Part shown: positions 25,663-32,809 of the stretch, in pieces
Position numbering within the stretch: position 1 is the first letter of the stretch
Layout: every line of letters begins with the position of its first letter
From: an uncultured Candidatus Saccharibacteria bacterium
Lineage (GTDB): Bacteria > Patescibacteriota > Saccharimonadia > Saccharimonadales > Saccharimonadaceae
Assembly: GCA_964483505.1 (NCBI GenBank)
Contig: CAZAAQ010000001.1
Coordinates: 3,821 to 52,653 of the forward strand
Direction of reading: 5' to 3'
DNA: 48,833 bases
Program-made: the position numbers and the translations under genes
The notes under the pieces: generated by a model
Told to the model about the DNA's origin: nothing
The model's database searches: none
What the model saw: only the letters and a program-made list of their open reading frames with translations

Positions 25663-26797
25663 TTGAAACCTCTCTTCTGGTCCAACCAGAAATTTGCAGC
25701 ACAATTCCCATAGTCAATGCCATGAAGAACATGCTGGTTCCGCCATAGCTCAAGAACGGCAGCGTGATACCTTTCATCGGGGTCAGCCCTGTCATTCCTC
25801 CGACGTTAATTATAACATGTGCCAGTAGCCACGCAAAAAACCCAGCCACAAATAGGCTCTGTTCCACATCTTGGGTCTTCTGTGAAACACTTAAAATTCG
25901 GCGCGCCAATACAATATAGCCGACCATCACTGCCATGGCTCCCAAAAAGCCCCAGGTCTCTCCCACAATCGAAAAGATTGAATCACTCAAAGCTTCCGGC
26001 AAATAGCCCGTCGATTGGATACTATTGCCCAGCCCAACTCCAAACAAGCCGCCAGTACCCATACCAATTAGCGAGTTCTCGATATGATAGCTATCACCTT
26101 CACCATTAAAACTCTCCAGACGTGCAATCCGGTGCGGTTCGACCACAATCATTACACCAGCTGCGACCACAATACCTAACAGCAAAATGCCGAGCTGCTT
26201 TATTTCTACTCCAGCCAAGAATACTAACGTCAGCACCATACAAAAAATTACCATCGTACTGCCCAAATCCTTTTGTAACCATCCCACAAATATCACCGTA
26301 AACAGCAATAAGGCTCCAACCGGCACCCAAAATTCCTTTTTACCCAATAAGTTTTGTTCTTTGCGTTTTTTGATTAATCCCGATAGATACAATAAAATCC
26401 CCAGCTTCAACATTTCGACTGCCTGAAACCCAAATCCCAATCCAGGGATACGGATTGATCGGCAGGCTCCTAAGTCACAAGTGACTAATGGCGACCCCGG
26501 CAACTTCCCCAGCAGTGGGATTAACGCACATAGCACCATGCTGACAATCAAAATAGTTTTACTCATCTTTTGCCAAAATTTATATGGCAACAACCAGCCC
26601 AACACCAACATCACAATACTTGCCAGTACGAACAGCCCGTGGTGCAAGATAAAATAGTTATCGCTAAAATTCGTGCCACTTTGGCTATTCTCAAACTGCG
26701 CCACTCTTGCCCCAATGGCATAGATAATAATTAATCCAGCCGCCAGCAAAGCAAACGTTAATAGCGCAATAACAAAATCTGGTCGGTGCTTTCTCAT
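25595..26797 (-). CDS. ftsW: SEDS-family peptidoglycan polymerase FtsW/RodA
   Basis: 400 aa and about 10 TM helices. GVGLGNSIQSTGYLPEALSDSIFSIVGE is the SEDS signature. It sits between mraY and murG. Confidence 0.85.
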   Translation of the reverse strand: MRKHRPDFVIALLTFALLAAGLIIIYAIGARVAQFENSQSGTNFSDNYFILHHGLFVLASIVMLVLGWLLPYKFWQKMSKTILIVSMVLCALIPLLGKLPGSPLVTCDLGACRSIRIPGLGFGFQAVEMLKLGILLYLSGLIKKRKEQNLLGKKEFWVPVGALLLFTVIFVGWLQKDLGSTMVIFCMVLTLVFLAGVEIKQLGILLLGIVVAAGVMIVVEPHRIARLESFNGEGDSYHIENSLIGMGTGGLFGVGLGNSIQSTGYLPEALSDSIFSIVGETWGFLGAMAVMVGYIVLARRILSVSQKTQDVEQSLFVAGFFAWLLAHVIINVGGMTGLTPMKGITLPFLSYGGTSMFFMALTMGIVLQISGWTRREVSNEDSSSRWGKRRTRYANSSRRS

Positions 26798-26798
26798 A

Positions 26799-27833
26799 TT
26801 AACGAATTATGCCTCCACCCATTGCCAAAAATACGCCTAGCATTGCGGTAATTCCACCGATAATCCAGAATCGCATTACTACTTTGCTCTCTTCCCAGCC
26901 TTTCGCCTGCAAATGATGGTGCAGTGGCGCGCTCAAGAAAATCTTCCGATGGAAAAACTTTTTCGAAATAATTTGAATCAAAGAGCTACCAGCTTCCACC
27001 ACAAACAGAAAACCAATTACCGGCAACAACAAAAACGATTTCGTTAACACCGCCACTGCACCGAGACCAGCACCCAATGCGAACGAACCCGTATCCCCCA
27101 TCATAAAACGGGCCGGATAGACATTAAACCAAGTGTAAGCTAACAGTGCGCCTACCACCACAATACAAAATCCCGCCAAATACCATTGTTCCTGCAATAA
27201 TGCGATGACGCCATATGAACCATAAGCCATCATTGCTAAACCGCCCGCCAAACCATCCATGCCATCCGAAATATTGACCGCATTGCCCGTCGCCACCACC
27301 GAGAAAGCAAATAGCAAAATCATTCCTACCACCCCAATATCTAGAGTGCCATAAAATGGCACATTCAAAGCCGTCCAACCCAACTTTACTGCAAAGAACC
27401 AACCCAAGAACAGGCCCAAAGCCGATATCATGGCAAACTTCACCGGTGCGCGCAACCCTGCTACGGCATTTTTGCCGTAAAGATTCATTAAATCATCAAT
27501 AAAACCAATCAAACCACCACCAATGAAAGCCGCCAGCGGCAACCAAGTTTGTTCGCGCGTCAAACAGTTGCAAGCAATGATTACTGTCGGCACTGAGACC
27601 AGCATAATCACGCCAGCCATCGTTGGAAAATGCCGTTTAATTTTTGCAGCATGTAATTTATTCATCACCGTCAATTCTTCGCCAGTAATTGCCACACTCT
27701 TTTGTTTCTTCCAAAGTTTATGCTTGTATGCGAAATTCGTATAAATTGGCGTCAAAAACATCGACAGCAAAAACGCCCCTAGAGCCAAAATCAGTTCATA
27801 TCCGATATTCTTATTTATGTCACTAAACAACAT
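26799..27833 (-). CDS. mraY: phospho-N-acetylmuramoyl-pentapeptide transferase
   Basis: 344 aa, polytopic, with NAVNISDGMDGLAGG and HHH-containing loop motifs. Confidence 0.9.
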   Translation of the reverse strand: MLFSDINKNIGYELILALGAFLLSMFLTPIYTNFAYKHKLWKKQKSVAITGEELTVMNKLHAAKIKRHFPTMAGVIMLVSVPTVIIACNCLTREQTWLPLAAFIGGGLIGFIDDLMNLYGKNAVAGLRAPVKFAMISALGLFLGWFFAVKLGWTALNVPFYGTLDIGVVGMILLFAFSVVATGNAVNISDGMDGLAGGLAMMAYGSYGVIALLQEQWYLAGFCIVVVGALLAYTWFNVYPARFMMGDTGSFALGAGLGAVAVLTKSFLLLPVIGFLFVVEAGSSLIQIISKKFFHRKIFLSAPLHHHLQAKGWEESKVVMRFWIIGGITAMLGVFLAMGGGIIR

Positions 27834-27845
27834 GCCTTTTCCTTT

Positions 27846-29633
27846 CTATATATTTGGCGCTACTCTTAAATATTCAATCATATAATTGCTAATTTCGGTG
27901 AAAATTGGCACGGCATTGATGCTTCCCCAAAGTAATCGATTGCCATCAAGTCTCACCATCACTACATACTGTGGCATAGCGTCATCTTTACCAGTACCGC
28001 CAAAACCGATCACGCTCGCCACTGTTTTATCAGAAGTATAATTGCCATTTTCGTCGTAAGTTTCAGCTGTACCAGTTTTGACGCCGACATAATATCCAGC
28101 TGGGTCATATTTACCGCCATTTACGCTACGCACCTCGCGCAACGCCTTTCGCATAGTGGCGCTGGTGCTAGCACTAATGGTCTGGCGTAGTGCTGCTTTT
28201 TGCTCAGCTTTTACCAACTTGCCATCCTGCATAGTCCCGGCCACAATCGTCGGCTGATAATATTTACCACCGTTGATAATTGAGGAAAATCCCGACGCCA
28301 CCTGCACCATCGTCAAGTTCATGCCCTGTCCAAAGGTCATATTAGCGTATCGTACCGCATTGCCTTCCGTCTCTTCTGGGCTAATAATCGTACCGGATTC
28401 CTCGTACAGCTCAACTCCAGTTTTTTGTCCAAGACCAAAATCATTATGTAAGTAATCGTATAATTTCGTTCTAGTAGCTTTGGTAATATCACCGCCTCCC
28501 ATTCGCCTCAAGACCTCTACGCTACCCGTATTCAGCGAAAAATCCAGCGCAGATTGAAAAGTCAGCGTCCCAGTGTGTGGATTAGAGCTGGTCGCGTTAT
28601 GAATCGTACGGTCAGCCACCACCGTCTTCCCGGTGTTCACATAAGTATCGCTCAAACTAATTGCACCCTCATTCAACGCCGTCGCATACGTAAATGTCTT
28701 ACAAACGCTAGCTGGCTCATAAGGACTTTCCGTAGTCCGATTCGTATAGACACTGCTATCAGTCACCTTCCAATATTGCTCGGGATTATAAGTTGGGTAA
28801 TTTGCCATCGCATATATTTTTCCCGTATTCGGGTCCATTACTAATGCACTCGCCGCACTAATTCCGCTGTTGTTCGCCATCGCACTCTGCAAAATTCTTT
28901 CAACCTTATGTTGGATATTCTCATCTAGCGTTAGCACTACATCTTCGCCGTCTTTTGCGGCAATTTCAATGTTATCATCGCCAATTGATAACGGGATATC
29001 ATTCACATCAGTCACCGATTTTAACAACCCATTAGTACCAGACAGCTTATCGTTCAACGAGCCCTCCACGCCAGTGCCAACACCTTCTGCATTTACAAAA
29101 CCAAGCACCTGGCTAGCTAGTTCTCCAGCTGGATAAACCCGCTTCGAAGTCTCCTTTTGCCCCACACCCCGAAGGTTAGCAGCCTTAATCTTTGATACCG
29201 TGTCATAGTTTACATTCTTTGCCACTTCGACATACATGTTCTTCATATTGGACCAAACTTTTGACCAATCCGTAATCATCTGATCACCTAAGATATTCGA
29301 AACTTCGCTTTGAACTTTATCCTTATCGGCCACGTAGCTCGGATCAATAAAGATTGTCCAAGTACGCTCATTCATCACCACTGGCGTCACGCCGTCTTCG
29401 CCGCTCATCATATAAATCTCACCCCGCTTTGCGATCAACTCAGTCTGTTTAACCCGTTGCGAACTTGCTTCAGCCACATATTTATCATGGTCAATAATTT
29501 GGACAAAAAACAGCCGAACACCAATCACGCACAATACCACCACTGGCAATAATGCCAATAAGCCATACCGCGTATTTTTGTTTTCCAGTATTTCTTTTAC
29601 CTTAGCCTTTGGCTTCGGTGGTTCCATTAACAT
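27846..29633 (-). CDS. ftsI: penicillin-binding protein (class B transpeptidase, FtsI/PBP2-like)
   Basis: N-terminal TM helix and dimerisation domain, then transpeptidase motifs SVCK (SxxK), SSN and KTGTA. Start moved to ATG 29633 because a TATAAT box lies 6 nt upstream. Confidence 0.85.
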   Translation of the reverse strand: MLMEPPKPKAKVKEILENKNTRYGLLALLPVVVLCVIGVRLFFVQIIDHDKYVAEASSQRVKQTELIAKRGEIYMMSGEDGVTPVVMNERTWTIFIDPSYVADKDKVQSEVSNILGDQMITDWSKVWSNMKNMYVEVAKNVNYDTVSKIKAANLRGVGQKETSKRVYPAGELASQVLGFVNAEGVGTGVEGSLNDKLSGTNGLLKSVTDVNDIPLSIGDDNIEIAAKDGEDVVLTLDENIQHKVERILQSAMANNSGISAASALVMDPNTGKIYAMANYPTYNPEQYWKVTDSSVYTNRTTESPYEPASVCKTFTYATALNEGAISLSDTYVNTGKTVVADRTIHNATSSNPHTGTLTFQSALDFSLNTGSVEVLRRMGGGDITKATRTKLYDYLHNDFGLGQKTGVELYEESGTIISPEETEGNAVRYANMTFGQGMNLTMVQVASGFSSIINGGKYYQPTIVAGTMQDGKLVKAEQKAALRQTISASTSATMRKALREVRSVNGGKYDPAGYYVGVKTGTAETYDENGNYTSDKTVASVIGFGGTGKDDAMPQYVVMVRLDGNRLLWGSINAVPIFTEISNYMIEYLRVAPNI

Positions 29634-29639
29634 AAGTTT

Positions 29640-29645
29640 ATTATA
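29640..29645 (-). promoter_or_regulatory. -10 box TATAAT, 6 nt upstream of ftsI ATG 29633
   Basis: The reverse complement of ATTATA, lying inside the upstream extension of the ORF-track call (GTG 29651). Confidence 0.4.
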
Positions 29646-29711
29646 CCGCACCCATTCAAAAAAAGAGACGACTAGACACTACGCCTACCGCCTCATCGTT
29701 ATTATCAATAA

Positions 29712-30074
29712 TTAGTTATTTGCGTAGCCAGAGCTCTTTGCCTCTGTCATCGTTGATGCAACCGTGTTGCTATCTTCATCTGCCGCTCCAGCTGTAATCT
29801 TCGCATTTTCCACCGCTAAAGCATCTTTTTGAGCTTCGAGATCAGTAATTTGGCTATTTACATCCGCAATCGCATGGTCGTAACTGGTGACCTTGGCGCT
29901 TTGGGAGACAAAAATCAAACCAAAGCAAGCCACAATCAGTAATACTGTGATGGTATGGCTAACCGGCCCTAATACGATTTTTGGGTTATGTCTAACGGCG
30001 TTACGGTTGGGAGCCCAAGCTGCTGACCCCATAGATGAACCCGCCATTCTTCTAGTTGCGTAATATGCAGACAT
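29712..30074 (-). CDS. FtsL/DivIC-like single-pass coiled-coil protein
   Basis: 120 aa with one TM helix (TVLLIVACFGLIFV) followed by a coiled coil (QITDLEAQKDALAVENAKI). It lies immediately upstream of ftsI. Confidence 0.45.
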   Translation of the reverse strand: MSAYYATRRMAGSSMGSAAWAPNRNAVRHNPKIVLGPVSHTITVLLIVACFGLIFVSQSAKVTSYDHAIADVNSQITDLEAQKDALAVENAKITAGAADEDSNTVASTMTEAKSSGYANN

Positions 30075-30280
30075 CAAAAATAATTCCGTTTCTTTTTGTT
30101 TTTATTTCCTTTTCTTTTCCTTTTTTGATCTTTAAAGCTTTAGGGGGCTAGCTAGGCCCTGAAAAGATAAGCCTAGCTGCCAGATTCCCCAAAGAGGTCA
30201 AAAAATTGTATACACACTCCACAAAAACTTCACCTATTCTTGGTACCCCATAGCTGGGGCATATAGGTTGTTTTTGTATC

Positions 30281-30308
30281 AAAAGTCAGCCGTTTATTAA
30301 CAGCCGAC
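30281..30308 (-). terminator. putative intrinsic terminator after the 20-codon ORF
   Basis: On the - strand, GUCGGCUG-uuaauaaa-CGGCUGAC forms 8 bp, including 2 G-U pairs that exist only on this strand, followed by UUUU. Confidence 0.4.
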
Positions 30309-30316
30309 TTTATAGC

Positions 30317-30379
30317 TTAACGAAAATGTACGGTAACTTTTTCTGCGCGAGAACGGTTGGTGACAATAATCTTTGCCAT
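30317..30379 (-). CDS. 20-codon ORF (MAKIIVTNRSRAEKVTVHFR) with a strong SD; micropeptide or leader peptide
   Basis: AAAGGAG lies 7 nt upstream of the ATG, and a TAA stop is followed by a hairpin and U-run. It sits between rsmH and the ftsL-like gene. Confidence 0.3.
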   Translation of the reverse strand: MAKIIVTNRSRAEKVTVHFR

Positions 30380-30460
30380 TTTGATTACTCCTTTTATTTG
30401 TTTGTTTTTATTTTTACGATGTGCAGCTCGTGCCCTACCGCAACTCGCCATCAAGATTTG

Positions 30461-31336
30461 CTAGATCTTTTCGGCAACTCGCAGCTTTGCACTCCTTGCA
30501 CGCGGATTGTTAACTATTTCAGTACTGTCCGCAATAATTGGCTTCTTCGTCAAAACTTTTAGTTGCGATTCAATCCCCTCACTGCTTTCCTCGCTAAAAT
30601 ATGTTTTGACCAAGCGGTCCTCGAGACTATGAAAAGAAATAATTGCGACTCTCCCACCCGGCTTCAGCAGCTTCGGTAGTAGCGGCAATGTTCGCTCAAT
30701 CTCACCCAACTCATCATTTACGACGATTCGGATGGCCTGAAAGATTCTAGTTGCTGGATGCACATGCATATATGGCGACTTACTTTTAATTAAGCCCGCC
30801 AGCTCAGTCGTCGTGTTGATAGGTCTATTTAAGACTATCTCGCGCGCCAACATTTTTGCTCTGCCGCTGTGCTCTTCTCCATAAACTTGGAAAATTTCCG
30901 CTAGCTTCCGTTCACTCCACTCGTTGACGATCGTCCAGGCGTCAAGCGCTTGTGACTGATCCATTCGCATGTCAAGTCGGGCTGGTTTTGTAAACGAAAA
31001 GCCTCTTTCATCTCGATCTAATTGCGGCGAAGAAACTCCAAAGTCCGCCAATATCATATCAAAGCGTTGTTTATTCTCCACTAGTCGTAGCGCCGTACTA
31101 TAAAAATCATCATGCATCAATTTCGGCTTCACTACTTGGTACTTCGCCATTAAGAAATCGATTGCATTTTGATCACGGTCATTTAAAACCGCCTCATTAT
31201 AATTCTGCGTTACTTCCAAAATTTTATCAGCATGCCCACCGTATCCAGCCGTCAGGTCAAGATAGCTCTCGCCCGCGCTTGGCTTTAAATACTTAAGTAC
31301 GCTTTCTAACAATACTGGAATATGAACTTCATTCAT
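30461..31336 (-). CDS. rsmH: 16S rRNA (cytosine1402-N4)-methyltransferase
   Basis: 291 aa with HIPVLL, DLTAGYGGH and DFGVSSPQLD motifs. Confidence 0.9.
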   Translation of the reverse strand: MNEVHIPVLLESVLKYLKPSAGESYLDLTAGYGGHADKILEVTQNYNEAVLNDRDQNAIDFLMAKYQVVKPKLMHDDFYSTALRLVENKQRFDMILADFGVSSPQLDRDERGFSFTKPARLDMRMDQSQALDAWTIVNEWSERKLAEIFQVYGEEHSGRAKMLAREIVLNRPINTTTELAGLIKSKSPYMHVHPATRIFQAIRIVVNDELGEIERTLPLLPKLLKPGGRVAIISFHSLEDRLVKTYFSEESSEGIESQLKVLTKKPIIADSTEIVNNPRARSAKLRVAEKI

Positions 31337-31342
31337 TTCTTC

Positions 31343-31348
31343 ATTATA
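31343..31348 (-). promoter_or_regulatory. -10 box TATAAT, 6 nt upstream of rsmH ATG
   Basis: The reverse complement of ATTATA. The spacer is GAAGAA. Confidence 0.4.
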
Positions 31349-32032
31349 TCTTGTTCGAACCCGAACATCTAGAAATTTCAGGTTTTTGTGTTTTTTGTTG
31401 TTTGTTTTGTTCCTTTACACATTTAAGATTTCCACGACTTTTGCTGGCATATAGCCGACTTACTGTCATGGCGTTGAGAGACTTAATTTGTGTGAGGTGG
31501 AGTTATATTGTTTGGGAGGTGTGTATTTTAGAGAATGTACCTACAGTTTTGATTTCGCGTATCCTAAACGCGCCCGAAACTCCTAGATGACCGGATTCGA
31601 ACTTTGTAAATGTGCAACAAAAACTACTCAGTTTAGCGTTTGACTAAAGTGATAATTTCGTAACTTTGCGATTGGTCCCTGTTCTCAGTTGTCTGATCCA
31701 TCTTTTCCAATCGTCCTTCTGATTTATTTTTGTTTGTTTCGTGGTGTTTATTTTTGCTTTCCACTTGCCATTAGTTTAAGCAACTTTTTAGACAAAATCA
31801 AGTGCCATTTTGTGACGCTTTTCCACATTTTGGTGCATAAATCCAACCGCTAACAGATACAAAACCGAACACTATTTTATTTTCGCTTGTGCTTTTGCAC
31901 ACTTGCGATATTTTAGAATATATATCATAAAAACCGAACATTGACCATATGCACCACCCATTGACAAATAGCACAATATATTTTAATTATTGACTTCACC
32001 CTACCCTTGCCAAAATTTAACAATATGGTCAC

Positions 32033-32059
32033 AAAAAGCCCCGGCTTTACGCCGAGGCT
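32033..32059 (-). terminator. intrinsic terminator after the 210-aa membrane protein gene
   Basis: On the - strand, AGCCUCGG / CCGGGGCU (one G-U pair) followed by UUUU. Confidence 0.5.
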
Positions 32060-32065
32060 CTTTTT

Positions 32066-32698
32066 CTAATAAACATAGTCCCGATAATCTAATGGTATCA
32101 GATAGACATCATTGTTAGAGCTACGAAAATAGATGTATCGCATCCCATTTTGGAAGCTCTCGTCATTACCATCAAATTGAGCGTCATCGCTCAATTTTAA
32201 GCCAAAAGACAAATCATCTAATTTTCCATCGCAGTCCATGGCATCGTAAAAATAGGCAATCGTCTTATCGTCACTGAGACGGCTGAAAGCAACGATTGTC
32301 GCCATCGATGCCATCTGGCCAAGCATTTCAACAACCAGACCAGCCCCAATGCCTAGCAAAATTACAATCTTTACGACAGTGCCATTAATGCCGACATCGC
32401 CTAACGGTATGCTCCAATTCCCAGGAATTGCAAACACCAATATCAGTACAATACCAACTGTTATCACAAACCAAATCGTCGTTCGATAAAGTAAGTCCAT
32501 GCCGCGCATTGTTTCATTCTTGTCCTGGAAGAACCCACGCCCGTTCGTCATAATGTAGTTATAGCTAGTATAGTAAAGCGACCTGTCGTAAATCTTGCCC
32601 TCTGGCAATTGAGCCAAAAGAACCGTGCCAACATATACTACAAAAAATAAAATCACTGATATGACCATGTTTACCACAAAATATAAAAGACCTAGCAT
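32066..32698 (-). CDS. multi-pass membrane protein, function unknown
   Basis: 210 aa with 3-4 hydrophobic helices and an acidic C-terminal domain. SD AAGGGGG lies upstream. Confidence 0.5.
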   Translation of the reverse strand: MLGLLYFVVNMVISVILFFVVYVGTVLLAQLPEGKIYDRSLYYTSYNYIMTNGRGFFQDKNETMRGMDLLYRTTIWFVITVGIVLILVFAIPGNWSIPLGDVGINGTVVKIVILLGIGAGLVVEMLGQMASMATIVAFSRLSDDKTIAYFYDAMDCDGKLDDLSFGLKLSDDAQFDGNDESFQNGMRYIYFRSSNNDVYLIPLDYRDYVY

Positions 32699-32760
32699 TT
32701 ATGTCACCCCCTTGATGTGCTCACGCACATCATAGCACAAATCTAAGGTGTTGTCATCTT

Positions 32761-32793
32761 AAAACCGCCAGCACATCTCTGTGACTGGCGGTT
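32761..32793 (-). terminator. intrinsic terminator of typA
   Basis: Hairpin AACCGCCAG / CTGGCGGTT followed by a U-run on the - strand. Confidence 0.65.
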
Positions 32794-32809
32794 CAAATTC
32801 TCAATGCTA

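Noticed and set aside
25595-25704. The murG ORF-track start (MCCKFLVGPEERFQ...) and the long ftsW/murG overlap, read as a possible frameshift or fusion.
   Set aside because: The canonical MurG N-terminus MKILVVGGGSGGH begins at 25662. The upstream 14 codons are just open frame inside ftsW. A 68-nt overlap remains and is unusual, but it needs no frameshift.
31351-31590. A 79-aa + strand ORF (Cys/Phe-rich) upstream of rsmH. Also the 60-67-aa ORFs at 20351-20646.
   Set aside because: They have no RBS and an odd composition. They sit in regions better explained as non-coding. Only the 48-aa hydrophobic sub-ORF was kept, as a low-interest finding.
31575-31615. A tRNA-like T-arm on the - strand (GTTCGAATCCGG) in the rsmH upstream gap.
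   Set aside because: The flanking bases do not form a T-stem, acceptor stem or anticodon arm, so no cloverleaf can be drawn.
31819-31827. DnaA-box-like TTTTCCACA, also present at 20866-20874. Weaker copies, ATTTCCACG and CTTTCCACT, lie near 31425 and 31757. Together they suggested an oriC in the 729-bp gap.
   Set aside because: There is only one good box per region. There is no cluster, no dnaA/dnaN neighbour and no divergent gene orientation at this site. The motif is short enough to occur by chance.
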